Positions 1 to 11,497 of a stretch of DNA of 64,000 nt are shown here, one piece after another. The notes under the pieces are model-generated. The model saw only the letters and a list, made by a program, of their open reading frames with translations, was not told the DNA's origin and searched no databases. Made by a program: the position numbers and the translations under genes. The stretch is from NCBI RefSeq assembly GCF_006345805.1, contig NC_042998.1:198648001-198712000 (forward strand), in the 5' to 3' direction. Positions within the stretch are counted from its first letter, which is position 1. The number at the start of each line of letters is the position of its first letter. Source of the DNA: Octopus sinensis. Lineage: Eukaryota.

Positions 1-162
1 TTTATTTACATTTCTGAAGAAAAAAGATACCCTTCTCCCCACCTCTAGCCCTAACCCTAAAACAGATTGAAATGCAATAGATCGATACTATGGTCATAAT
101 TACGGGTGACAATTTCATATGACACCACTACAAAAAACTGCCGTTCAAACTGTAAAGATTCC
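1..162 (-). mobile_element. Partial MITE (Merlin-like family 1), truncated by window start
   Basis: Reverse complement of the left half of the 42800-43239 element; contains CCCTAACCCTAA and ends in a TIR-like AAAAACTGCCGTTCAAAC..AAAGATTCC. Confidence 0.8.
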
Positions 163-299
163 AAATATGTTAGTTTTTTTCTTTTTTTTTGGGGGGGGGG
201 GGTTTCTAAAACACGTATTTTAAACATTTGGCAGAAATCTATTTTCCAAAGTGTGGATTACATAATATTGATGTTAGAAACATAAATCAGAAAATAAGA

Positions 300-545
300 A
301 AAATGTGGTTAGAAACTTGCTTCCCAACCTCATGATTCTGTGTTCAGTCCCACTGTGTAGCCTTGAACAACACAAGCTGACCAAAGCTTTGTGGGTAGAT
401 TTGGTGGTCGGAAACTGAAAGAAGTCCGTCGTATGGGTATGTGTGTGTGTGTGTTTGATTACCACCGCCACTTGACTTCAGGTGTATTGTGTGTTTACAT
501 TCTTGTAACCTAGCAGTTCAGCAAAAGTACCGGGCTTAAAGAAAC
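300..545 (+). mobile_element. Degenerate SINE family B copy
   Basis: Diverged match to 2891-3296 (TTCAGTCCCACTG, GGAAACTGAAAGAAG, (TG)n core). Confidence 0.65.
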
Positions 546-1669
546 ATACACTTGACTACAAAGTTCTTTCCCACCCAGCTTATTCCCCCGACTACCACTT
601 TTTCAAGCACCTTGATGGTTTCCCCAAGAGGAGTTCAAAATTCAAACTGATGCTGAAAGTGCATTCAAAAAGTCCATCGGCTCCAGAACTCCAGATTTTG
701 ATGTTACCGGAATAAACAAACTTGTAACTCATTGGCAAAAATGTGTTGATTGTAATGGTACTTGCTTTGATGAATAAAATTTCTACATTGTTGAAATAAA
801 TTGTGATGAATTTCATGTTTCAAAATGTTGCTCACTTTTTACTTAGCCTCATATATAAATATCATCATCATCATCATCATTTTAACATCCATTTTTCCAT
901 GTTCACATGGGTTGTTAAGGTGGGTTTTCAACAGCCAGATGCTCTTCCTGTCTCCAACCTTCTCCTGTTTCCAAGTAAGATATTTCCCTATGACCAGATA
1001 TGTTTTTATATCATTATTATTATTATCTCTGTATGTATGCATTTGCATACATGTACAGTAATACCTCGCCATATTTCAGTTCACCTATCATGGTTTATTA
1101 TTTAAGCTTACACCGATTCCTCCGTGGTGTTGTTTTGCATTTATAATAAAATAAATATAAACAAATTATAAAAATAATTCTATGAATATACAGTATTGTT
1201 TCTACTTCACAGATTTTCACAGCTAGTGCATCTTTAAGTGAAGGACATTCAGCCATAGAAACCAAGCCAAAATAGACTATGGAACCTGGTACAGCCCCTG
1301 GCCTTACCAGTTCTTGTCGAGCCATCCAACCCATGCCAGCATGGAAAACAGACTGTATACGTTGATGTTGATGATGATGAGGTTAACATTTACATCAGTG
1401 CTTTCAGTTAAACTCTACCCTACATTGAATTTGAATAGTTTAGACATGTTTTTCACAGACCTGGATCTCATTTTAAACCAAACTATAAAACACATAGGTT
1501 AAATGTTATATAGTTATGCTTAATAACATTAGTTTAAAAGTTGAAACAGGGTATAAGAAAATGCTTCTTATTTGTTTAAAAATCCTAATTTGGCTAATTG
1601 GAAATGATTAGCATTTTGGTATCTGTATACTAGTAATCTATATTGTCTAGAAAAAAATAAACATCATGC

Positions 1670-1960
1670 ATGCACTGGCATTACATACCCAGCAAAGCGT
1701 ACTAGCCTCATTTCTTACAAACCTACACATGTCCTCAGTGGACACAGCCCATGTTTCACTGACATGTAGCATGGCTGTTCACACACAGGTATTACACAAT
1801 CTACCTTTCACTCTGAGAGAGGTCCTTTGTTACCAGCAGAGGTAGGAGCTTTCTGAACTTTGCCCAGCCTATTCTTATTCTAGCAGCTATGCACTCGGAG
1901 CATCTATCCTCACTACTGACTTGGTTACCTAGGTAACAGAAGCCATCAACTACTTCTCAT
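1670..1960 (-). mobile_element. RTE-clade LINE RT C-terminal fragment (decayed)
   Basis: Manual minus-strand translation: EVVDGFCYLGNQVSS..IAARIRIGWAKFRKLLPLL..SETWAVSTEDM..RNEAS.LCWVCN, typical of the RTE post-RT region; has a stop and a frameshift. Confidence 0.8.
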
Positions 1961-1979
1961 AAATTTGAAATCCAAATAT

Positions 1980-2420
1980 TCGGAATTGAAATCAAATTCG
2001 ATGACTGGCATCCGTGCTAGTGGAGCATTAAGAGCACCATCTGAGTGTGATCGTTGCCAGAGTGGCTAACTGATGTTCGTGCCGGTGGCACATAAAAAGC
2101 ACCATTCAAGCATGATCATTACCAGTGTTGCCGTACTGGCACTCGTGCCGGTGTGCAGGTGATACGTAAAAACAGAAAAAAAACATGATTTTCCATGACC
2201 GTTGCCAGTACCGCCTGACTGGACCTAGTGCTGGTGGCACATAAAAAGCACCCACTACACTCTCGAAGTGGTTGGTGTTAGGAAGGGCATCCAGCTGTAG
2301 AAACTCTGCCAGATCAAGACTGGAGCCTGGTGCAGCCATCTGGTTCACCAGTCCTCAGTCAAATCGTCCAACCCATGCTAGCATGGAAAGCGGACGTTAA
2401 ACGATGATCATGATGATGAT
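1980..2420 (+). mobile_element. RTE 3'UTR-derived repeat (family C) with (GAT)n tail
   Basis: GTGCCGGTGGCACATAAAAAGCACC modules, TTAGGAAGGGCATCCAGCTGTAG, ends GACGTTAAACGATGATCATGATG. Confidence 0.8.
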
Positions 2421-2890
2421 GAATATTATGTCTTTAAAACCATATATAGACATAATTTCTTGACTATTCCAAACTGCAATAGTCAATGACTTGCAATATT
2501 TGATAAGAAAAGAAAGGTTCAATGCCTTTTTAGCCATTCTATTATTCTATAATTTTTTTATTTTGTCTGTTTCAATCATTGAACTGCTCTACCTTCAAGG
2601 GTTTAATCACTACCTTCAAGTCAAATTTTGGCACAAGGCCAGCAATTTCAGGAGAGAGAGAGAGTAATCCGATTACACTGACTCCATTACTCAACTGGTG
2701 CTTTTTTTATCAACCCTGAAAGGATGAAAAATGAGGTCAGGTCAACCTCAGGGGAATTTGAATCCAAATGTGCAATCCTGATTAAAAACAATCAACAATG
2801 TAACAAATAAACTTGACCATAACAGCAACAAATAAAAAAGAAAGTATGCTACTCGACAAACCCCATCCAAATATGGATGTTATTATAAAG

Positions 2891-3296
2891 CAGGAGCGGC
2901 TGTGTGGTAAGTAGCTTGCTTACCAACCACATGGTTCTGGGTTCAGTCCCACTGCGTGACACCTTGGGCAAGTGTCTTCTACTATAGCCTTGGGCCGACC
3001 AAAGCCTTGTGAGTGGATTTGGTATATGGAAACTGAAAGAAGCCTGTCATATATATGTATATATATATATATACATGTATGTGTGTGTGTTTGTGTGTCT
3101 GTGTTTGTTCCCCTAGCATTGCTTGACAACCGATGCTGGTGTGTTTACATCCCCGTAACTTAGTGGTTCGGCAAAAGAGACCAATAGAATAAGTACTAGG
3201 CTTACAAAGAATAAGTCCTGGAGTCGATTTGCTCGACTAAAGGCGTTGCTCCAGCATGGCCCCAGTCAAATGACTGAAACAAGTAAAAGAGTAAAA
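2891..3296 (+). mobile_element. tRNA-derived SINE family B with internal (TA)n(TG)n
   Basis: Head with A/B-box-like GGCTGTGTGGTAAG..GGTTCAGTCCC, CORE-like ACCTTGGGCAAGT and central microsatellite; near-identical copies elsewhere in the window. Confidence 0.85.
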
Positions 3297-3607
3297 TGAG
3301 TATAACCTAGAAAAAGGTAAAAAAAAAAAATATATATATGAGAATTCCCACTTACCTGCAGAATGCTAGCATCACCAGAATGAGGTAGACCATAAAAGCA
3401 AACATAGAATCGGCATTTCAACCATTTCTACAAAATCTGAAGTAAAAAACACATTTAAGCCTCATGCTCTGCTTTCACAAATCCACTCTGCTATCAACCT
3501 TACAGTTTATGTCCAAGACATTTATTTGACCATCCAGTTAGTGGAAGAAATAACAAAATGCCCCCCCCCCAATTAAACCCACCCGTCTTCAAAAAAGGAA
3601 CCATCTA

Positions 3608-3985
3608 TCATCATCATCATCATCATCCTCATCATTGTTTAATGTCCACTTTCCATGCTTGCATGGGTTGGATTGTTTGACCGGGGTCTGGGAAGCCAGG
3701 AGGCTGCACCAGGCCCAGTCTGATCTGGAAGTGTTTCTACAGCTGGATGCCCTTCCTAACGCCAACCACTCCAAGAGTGTACTGGGTGCTTTTTACGTAC
3801 TACCCGCACAGGTCCCAGTCGAGGCTGGCAACGGTCACGATCGGTTGGTGCTTTTTACATGCCACTGGCACGGAGGCCAGTCGAGGCAGCGCTAGCAATA
3901 GCCATGTTCAGATGTTTCTTTTACATGCCACCAGCACTGGTATCACAACTACAGTTTCCATTAATTTTTGATCGATTTCAATTTC
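3608..3985 (-). mobile_element. RTE 3'UTR-derived repeat (family C)
   Basis: (CAT)n tail, CTACAGCTGGATGCCCTTCCTAACGCCAACCACT, hairpin modules. Confidence 0.8.
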
Positions 3986-4218
3986 AATATACAAAGATAT
4001 ACAAAAATATGGAAATTTTTAAGTTGGAACACTTGATCGTGGGTCAGTTCAATCAGAACTAACCTTGACAATGGCATATTGCACAAAGAGAGATCTTTGG
4101 ATTTTGCGAAACTAGTTGAAAAATAGCAGCAGAACATGGAGATTTTTAACTGATCAATCATTTAAAATCTGGCTTCCATGCTAGTATGGGTTGGATGGTT
4201 TGACATGGTCTGATGAGT

Positions 4219-4567
4219 TGAAGGATTGCATTGTTCACTAATGTCCCCTTCAGCACGGTTTCTATCACTGGATTCCCTTTCTAATGCCAACCACTTTACA
4301 GAATGTACTGGGTGCTTTTTTGTAGCACCATCACAGGTGATTATTACCTCAAAGACTAAGGCCCTAAAGTGGCCCCTTCAACTGAGGGGGACTGAAGGAT
4401 TGCATTGTTCATTAATGGCCCCTTCAGCATGGTTTCTGTCACTGGATCCTTTTTCTAATGCCAACCACTTTACAGAATGTACTGGGTGCATTTTTGTAGT
4501 GCCATCACTGGTGATTATTACCTCAAAGACTAAAGCCCTAAAGTGGCCCTTTAAACTGAGGGGGAGT
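4219..4567. repeat. 174-bp tandem duplication of decayed family C sequence
   Basis: TGAAGGATTGCATTGTTCA starts at 4219 and again at 4393; the two units are highly similar. Confidence 0.85.
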
Positions 4568-5061
4568 GAAGAGAGAGTGAGCAATGATCCTAGGAGAGCA
4601 ACAAGTATAGCAAGGAATATGGAGAATTAAGGGATTTATGGCAGGTTGAGAAAAAGAGAAGGATAGTGTTGAAAAGGTGATGAGGAAGATTGTGTAAAAG
4701 GGGAGTCTAGAGCTATCCAACATGTATAAAGAGTGAGTATGGACAGGCATGAGAGAATGGGGGCAGGAAATGGTCAAGAGGAATCTTAAATCATTGAAAG
4801 AGAAATGTAAAAAGGGTGTGCCGGTAGGTCAGAGAGGGGGAAATGAGGAGTGGATTGGGACATTGCAGAGGCAGAGAAGCTGGAGAGACTGTGTGACAAA
4901 AAGAGGCAGAGGGAGCATGGCAAGTAGAATACTGCAGAGTGCTACAGAGGTAGGACGAAGAAGAAGAGCAGAGTGAGAGTACTGTAGAAGTAAAGTAGAT
5001 AAGGAGATGGTGGAAATGAAGGAAAGAGTGAAAGAAATGAGAGAAACAGTGGGTGGGGTAC

Positions 5062-5860
5062 ATCATCATCATCCTTATCAATTAACGTCCGTTTTCCATG
5101 CTAGCATGGGTTGGACAGTTCAACCGGGGTCTGGAAGCCATGGAGGCTGCACCAGGCTCCAGTCTGATATGGCAATGTTTCTACAGCTGGATGCCCTTCC
5201 TAACGCCAACTACTCCGTGAGTGTAGTGCCCCTGTGCCACGGGCACAGGGGCCAGAGCAGGCTGGCAAATGCAACCACGATCAGTTGGTGCTTTTTATGT
5301 ACCACCAACATGGGTGCCAGTCAGGCAGCGCTGGCATCTGCCACGCTCGGACGGTGCTTTTTACGTGTCACCAGCACGGGTGTCTTAACTACAATTTCCA
5401 TTTGGATTTTTATTTTGATGTACTTGACTCAATAGGTCTCCTCAAGAACAGCGGGTACAAGGGAAAGAAATGCTAGAGGGCATCCTAGATGTAAGAGGGG
5501 TACTGAGATAAAGGTAAGAGATGTTGCTGGGTGGCAAGAGAGGGAACTCAGGAGTATGTACTGTGAGTGATGAAGAGATGAGATTCTTGAAGGGATATAT
5601 ATGGTGACAGGCAGTAAGATGGGGTTGGAGGAGAATAGTATACAAGCATATAGATGCACACCCATACATGTATTATGGATTCTTAATCACTACCCTTTCC
5701 ATAGGTGGACATGTCTTCTGTAGCACCACCCATCACCAGTCAGTATGATTCTTTATCATCTCCTCTGTGAGATGTATCTTCAGGTCAGTCTTTGTTACTT
5801 TGTCCTAAGTCTTCCTTAGTTTCACCTGTCCACAAGTTCCACTGTCTTGGAGAGAGTAGA
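5062..5860 (-). mobile_element. RTE LINE 3' end (ORF end plus family C 3'UTR), decayed
   Basis: 5720-5855 encodes a GTCG..RKT.DKV..TDLK..LTEEM-like peptide on the minus strand; 5062-5420 is family C with a (CAT)n tail. Confidence 0.65.
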
Positions 5861-5923
5861 ACTTATGGAAGAGGGATACCAAAGAATTTTGAAAAAGATA
5901 CTTTGAGCTGCTCAGAAAATACC

Positions 5924-6327
5924 TATTTCTTTACTACCCACAAGGGGCTAAACACAGAGAGGACAAACAAGGACAGACAAAGGGATTAAGTCGATTACAT
6001 CGACCCCAGTGCATAACTGGTACTTGATTTATCGACCTCGAAAGGATGAAAGGCAAAGTTGATCTTGGCGGAATTTGAACTCAGAACATAGCGGCAGACG
6101 AAATACCTATTTGTTTACTAACCACAAGGGACTAAACACAGAGAGGACAAACGGATTCAGTCGATTACATCGATCCCAGTGCATAACTGGTACTTAATTT
6201 ATCGACCCCGAAAGTATGAAAGGCAAAGTCGACCTCAGCGGAATTTGAACTCAGAACGTAATGACAGACAAAATACGGCTACGCATTTCGCCCGGCGTGC
6301 TAACGTTTCTGCCAGCTCGCTGCCTTA
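5924..6327 (-). mobile_element. SINE family A trimer with 16-bp TSD
   Basis: Three head-to-tail units; CTGCTCAGAAAATACC at 5908-5923 and 6328-6343. Confidence 0.85.
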
Positions 6328-6925
6328 CTGCTCAGAAAATACCAATCAACAAATATCAAGGTTACAAGGTTTTAATTATAAGTTTCTAATTTACATATAA
6401 ATATATATTTCAACAATTATTTTGCAAGTATGTCTCAGTTATTTGTTCTATTCGTTGAGAATATTTTTTCAGTAAGTCACCTCGGTAATTTTTTTTTTCT
6501 CTGGTACAGATTTGTTTGTTTACCATGTCTTTTGTAGGAGAATGAATTTCAGAAATTTCCCAAGTGTAAAGCTTTACTCCATAGTTTTGTTCATCATAAT
6601 GAAACGTTCTTTCTAAGATGCTTTAATGGCAAAAGTGAATTAATTTATCAACTATAAGTTTATAATTCACAAAGATTTTTTTCTTATTTTAATGGAAGGA
6701 CATCTCACAAATACTAACACACACACAGATATTACAGTCATACAATTTATATATATATATATATATACTTTATATTATATAGAGGGCATTATTACACATA
6801 TATATAATATAAATTAATATGTTCAAAAGAAAAAAATTATTTTCGAATTTTTCTCTTATGAGGTTTTTCACGCTAACTACCTGATAATTTCTTGTTAAGA
6901 TTCCTTAAGAAGTTATCCTTAATTG

Positions 6926-6965
<40 letters not shown>

Positions 6966-7130
6966 CCAAGTAAGTTAGGGGTTATGGATCCAACTCACTA
7001 AGGGATAATACTTATCCAATATACTGTTGGTATAATACCCAAATTATTAATACACAAGTGTTTTTAATTGCAATGCAATTAACTTACTTATTGTATTAAA
7101 TTGGTGAAGATAAATAAATATTTTACCATT

Positions 7131-7302
7131 AATTTATATAACAAATAAGAAAATGGAGAAGCACATTAGTTGGTTTATCAGCTTTCGAATATTAGAATGT
7201 TGAATTATTTATTTCGTTTTGTTAAATAAGCCAACATTCTAATATCCTAAAGCTGATAAACCAACTAATGTGTTTCTCCATTTTCTTATTTGTAATATAA
7301 AT
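7131..7302. repeat. ~170-bp imperfect palindrome beside (TA)n
   Basis: Arm ACAAATAAGAAAATGGAGAAGCACATTAGTTGGTTTATCAGCTTT is inverted as AAAGCTGATAAACCAACTAATGTGTTTCTCCATTTTCTTATTTGT; 29-nt loop. Confidence 0.85.
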
Positions 7303-7324
7303 TATATATATATGTATATATATA

Positions 7325-7660
7325 TATGGCACAGTGGTTAGAGAGTCTGGTTCACAATCATGAGGTAGTAAGTTCAATTCCCGGGCCAAGCTTGTGTTGT
7401 GTTCTTGAGCAAGACACTTTATTTCACGTTGCTCCAGTTCACTCAGCTGTACAAAATGAGTTGCGGCATCACTGGTGCCAAGCTGTATAATCCTTTGCTT
7501 TCCCTAACATCGGTGGCATGGAGAGGAAAGGCAAGTGCGCATGGGCGACTGCTGATCCTCCACAAACAACCTTGCCCTGACTTGTACCTCGGAGGGTAAC
7601 TCTAGGCACAATCCTGCAATCTTATGGTCATTCATGACCAAAGGGGGTCTTTTACCCTTT
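7325..7660 (+). mobile_element. tRNA-derived SINE (further family)
   Basis: Head TGGCACAGTGGTTAGAG..AGTTCAATTCCC, body GTGTTCTTGAGCAAGACACTTTATTTCACGTTGCTCCAG; related piece at ~23760-23950 on the minus strand. Confidence 0.6.
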
Positions 7661-8361
7661 ATCCTCAACAGATAAAGATAGTTACGGCCGGTTTATAGGG
7701 TTACTAGGGTTTCCCATCCATAAAGCGCTTAATTCTAAATACATCACGTCAGATCCTAATGACCAGTGGCTTATAACCTCTCTTCAAAACGGAGGGAGAA
7801 AAGGCTTCATGGCTTGTTATTGACCACACAAACAAGAAAGTGCAAGAGATTGCCTCCCTTAGACCACTAACTGGAATCCATCCAATCAGTGTGTGGGTCC
7901 CAGGATTTCAGTAAGAATCGCCTGAAGTGTAAGCATGGTCTGAAGACTTCATCTAGGATTCTAAGATGTTCCTCGGATCGAGGGAGTTCTTCAAAATCCT
8001 TGCCCATTCTGCTATGTACGGCTGACAACACATGCTGCCGTTGATGTAGGGATCTTCCATGTGATTGCAATTGGGGTCCCTTTGTTCTTCAGGTGCCATA
8101 CATATAAGGGCGTTTGGTGTTAGGAAGGACATCCAGCTGTAAAAATCCTGCCAAAATAGTCAGTGAAATCTGGTGCAGGCTTCTGCGAGGCTGGCTCCTG
8201 TTAAACCGTTCCATCCATGCCAGCATGGGAGGCAGACGTTAAACGATAAGGATGATGATGTACAAGATGAAAATCCAAAGAGAAAAATCAAAACTTTCAA
8301 CATAACATAATTGTTGGAAAAAACAAAAAGTTTAGTTTGCCATGGAAGGATTTATATAACA

Positions 8362-8738
8362 CTAGCACTATGACCCAGCAACGCCAGGTCATAGTGCTAG
8401 TGCATGCATATACAGCTGCGTGCGTGTGCACATACATGTGAGTACTGTCCAAATCTCCGACCAATCACATACAGCTAACTGGCATTCAATTGGCGTATCA
8501 AGTTTCGGGCATTTTGATTGAGTTTTGGATAGAAAATTCACAAAAAGTCAATTCTATTGATTTTTCAATGGCTTTGCTGGGTGACTGGGGAAATGTAAAG
8601 ATGTGCACAACCACCCTTGGACGGTTTTGAATGACCATAGAAAGTGCGAGCCTTCTAACTGAAAAATTGTGGATTTGTACAAAGGATACGCACACACACA
8701 CACAGACAGGCATTTTGCTGTTTATATATATATAGAGA
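8362..8738 (-). mobile_element. Non-autonomous Helitron-like element
   Basis: Minus strand: A|TCTCTATATATATAAAC..(GT)n 5' end, 3' hairpin and CTAG|T terminus. Confidence 0.65.
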
Positions 8739-9460
8739 TGTATTTCTACTTTTACAAGTGATTTTACAAGTGATAAGGGATTTCTCAAATATTTCAGTGG
8801 TAGGGTTTTCCTGCATGATTCAAGACATTTTAAACTGTTATCAAGACCAAAGATTTCCAACACATTTCACAGCAATTTCCTAGACATTTTATAATGGTAA
8901 AATTTTCTTTTTCCAATGCATATTCTTTTCTGAATTACAAAAATAAAATTTTCTATGATAGTTTTTCCATATTTCACAATGAACTGAGTTTTTCCAGAGT
9001 GTTTCCATTTTTAAACTAGACACGAATTAACAGAGAATAGTTTTTCACATCAGTTAGTAAGGATAGAATTTTCCTCAGGTGTGAAATTCTTGTGTTATTA
9101 AATACTGTTAAAGACAGAAAATTTCTTGTGTTATTAAATACTGTTAAAGACAGAAAATTTCTTGCATATTCCATAACAATATGACATTTTACCTGCCTGT
9201 GTCCATTCACAAATTGCAATATAAGAATTTTCAACTGATTATTTCCCACTTATCTCATAACGGTTTTTTAAATTTTGGCACAAAGCCAGCAATTTCGAGG
9301 AAGTGGGAAAGTTGATTATATTGACCACAATATTCAACTGGTACTTATTTCATTGACCCCCACATAGGATGAAAAGCAAAGTGAAGCTTGGCGGAACTTG
9401 AACTCAGAACATAAAGACAGACAAAATGCTGTGAAGAACTTCACTCCGCAGGTTTATAAT

Positions 9461-9877
9461 TCTTATTTCTTTACTACCCAGAAGGGGCTAAACACAGAGG
9501 GAACAAACAAGGACAGACAAAGGGATTAAATCGATTACATCGACCCCAGTGCGTAACTGGTACTTATTTAATCGACCCCGAAAGGACGAAAGGCAAAGTC
9601 GACCTCGGCGGAATTTGAACTCAGAACATAGCGGCAGATGAAATTCCTATTTCTTTACTACCCACAAAGGGCTAAACACAGAGAGGACAAACAAGGACAG
9701 ACAAAGGGATTAAGTCGATTACATCGACCCCAGTGCGTGACTGGTACTTAATTTATCGACCCCCCGAAAGGATGAAAGGCAAAGTCGACCTCGGCGGAAT
9801 TTGAACTCAGAACGTAACGTCAGACGAAATACGGCTACGCATTTCGCCCGACGTGCTAACGTCTCTGCCAGCTCGCC
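9461..9877 (-). mobile_element. SINE family A trimer nested in an older family A copy
   Basis: GCAGGTTTATAAT TSD at 9448-9460 and 9878-9890; the decayed host copy spans ~9280-9905. Confidence 0.85.
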
Positions 9878-9931
9878 GCAGGTTTATAATCCTGCCAGCT
9901 TGTTGCCTTCTACATATAACGAAACGAGTCG

Positions 9932-11497
9932 TTATCCAGTGTGTATTTTTGTGTGTATCGTTAATTTACTGTTCGAGACAAAACATTTCCCGCAGATCTC
10001 ACAGTGGTAAGGTTTTTCGCCCGTATGAATTCTTTTGTGAACGACAAGACTAGAAGTCTGAGTGAAAGATTTTCCGCAGATCTCACAATGAAACGGGTTT
10101 TCCCCAGTATGTCTCCTTTTGTGAACTACGAGGCTTGAATTAACAGAGAACGACTTTCCACACACATCGCAGGGATACGGCTTTTCCCCGCTATGTGCTC
10201 GTTTGTGAATAACAACATCCGAATTGTTCATGAAAGACTTCCCACAGATTTCACAATGATACCGTTTCTCTCTCGTATGAATTCTATTATGTGCTGTTAA
10301 ATTACTGTTGGACACAAAAGATTTTCCACAGATTTCACAGTGATAAGGTTTTTCTCCAGTATGACTACGTTTGTGAATTGTAAGCCTACCGTTTGTGGTA
10401 AAAGACGTTCCGCAGATCTCGCAGTGGAAAAGGTTTTCTCCAGTATGAACCCTATTGTGCGTTGTTAGGCTGCTGCTAGCAGCGAAGGATTTTCCGCAGA
10501 TCTGACAGCAATATGGCTTTTCTCCGGTGTGGCTACGTTTGTGGATCGAAAGTTTGTAGTTATTGATAAACGACTTTCCGCAAATTTCGCAACAATATGA
10601 GTTTCCGCCGGTGTGGCTACGTTTGTGTATTGTAAGCTTAGAATTATAAATGAAAGATTTTCCACACGTTTCGCACTGGAACGGTTTTTCCCCCGTATGG
10701 ATCCTGCCGTGTGTCTTTAAGTGTCCGTTCGTGAAGAAAGATTGTCCGCATATTTCGCAATTAAAGGGTTTTTCGCCCGTGTGTCGACTTATGTGGATGA
10801 CAAGATGGGAATTGTGGGTGAATGATTTTCCGCAAATTTCGCAGTGGAACAGACTTTTCGCAGTGTGTATTCGTTCGTGTATTTTCAAGTCACCGTTAGC
10901 AACGAAAGATTTTCCGCACACTTTACAATGATACGTTTTTTCCCCCGTGTGTCTACGAATGTGGACAACAAGATGCGAACTATTTACAAAAGATTTTCCG
11001 CAGATTTCACAGTGGAACGGTTTTTCCCCCGTGTGAACCCTCTCGTGTACTTTTAAGTCACCATTGGTAATAAATGATTTTCCGCACACCTCACAATGAT
11101 AAGTTTTTTCCCCCGTGTGTCTCCGTACGTGGACAACAAGCTGGGATCTATTAACAAATGCTTTTCCACATATTTCACAGTGGAAAGGCCTTTCCCCAGT
11201 ATGTATCCGTTCATGTATTTTTAAATCACCATTCGTAATAAAAGATTTTCCACACACCTCACATTGGTAAGCCTTTTCTCCTTTGTGTCTACGGATGTGG
11301 ATAGCGAGTTCTGAACTATTTATGAAGGATTTTCCGCAGATCTCACAATGGAACGGTTTTTCCCCTGTATGTATTTTCTTATGTGTTGTCAAATTACTAT
11401 TGGAAACAAAATATTTTCCACATATTTCGCAGTGGTATAGTTTTTTCTTGTTGTGTGTTTCTTTGCGTGTGATGACTTCACATTTCGAAGAAAGCAT
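9932..11497 (-). CDS. Poly-C2H2 zinc-finger protein, 18 fingers (ZNF1), ~521 aa from first ATG after the upstream TAG
   Basis: 18 tandem CxxC-12-HxxxH motifs with TGEKP-type linkers, no internal stops, TAA at 9932-9934. The track start at 11620 is TTG; the first downstream in-frame ATG is 11497 (MLSSK, compare MFSSK in ZNF2). True start uncertain. Confidence 0.93.
   Translation of the reverse strand: MLSSKCEVITRKETHNKKKLYHCEICGKYFVSNSNLTTHKKIHTGEKPFHCEICGKSFINSSELAIHIRRHKGEKAYQCEVCGKSFITNGDLKIHERIHTGERPFHCEICGKAFVNRSQLVVHVRRHTGEKTYHCEVCGKSFITNGDLKVHERVHTGEKPFHCEICGKSFVNSSHLVVHIRRHTGEKTYHCKVCGKSFVANGDLKIHERIHTAKSLFHCEICGKSFTHNSHLVIHISRHTGEKPFNCEICGQSFFTNGHLKTHGRIHTGEKPFQCETCGKSFIYNSKLTIHKRSHTGGNSYCCEICGKSFINNYKLSIHKRSHTGEKPYCCQICGKSFAASSSLTTHNRVHTGENLFHCEICGTSFTTNGRLTIHKRSHTGEKPYHCEICGKSFVSNSNLTAHNRIHTREKRYHCEICGKSFMNNSDVVIHKRAHSGEKPYPCDVCGKSFSVNSSLVVHKRRHTGENPFHCEICGKSFTQTSSLVVHKRIHTGEKPYHCEICGKCFVSNSKLTIHTKIHTG

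Noticed and set aside
4226-4630. 134-aa ORF with an internal repeat
   Set aside because: It arises from a frame-preserving 174-bp duplication of decayed RTE 3'UTR sequence.
9083-9170. 33-bp direct duplication
   Set aside because: Two-copy local slippage with no further structure.
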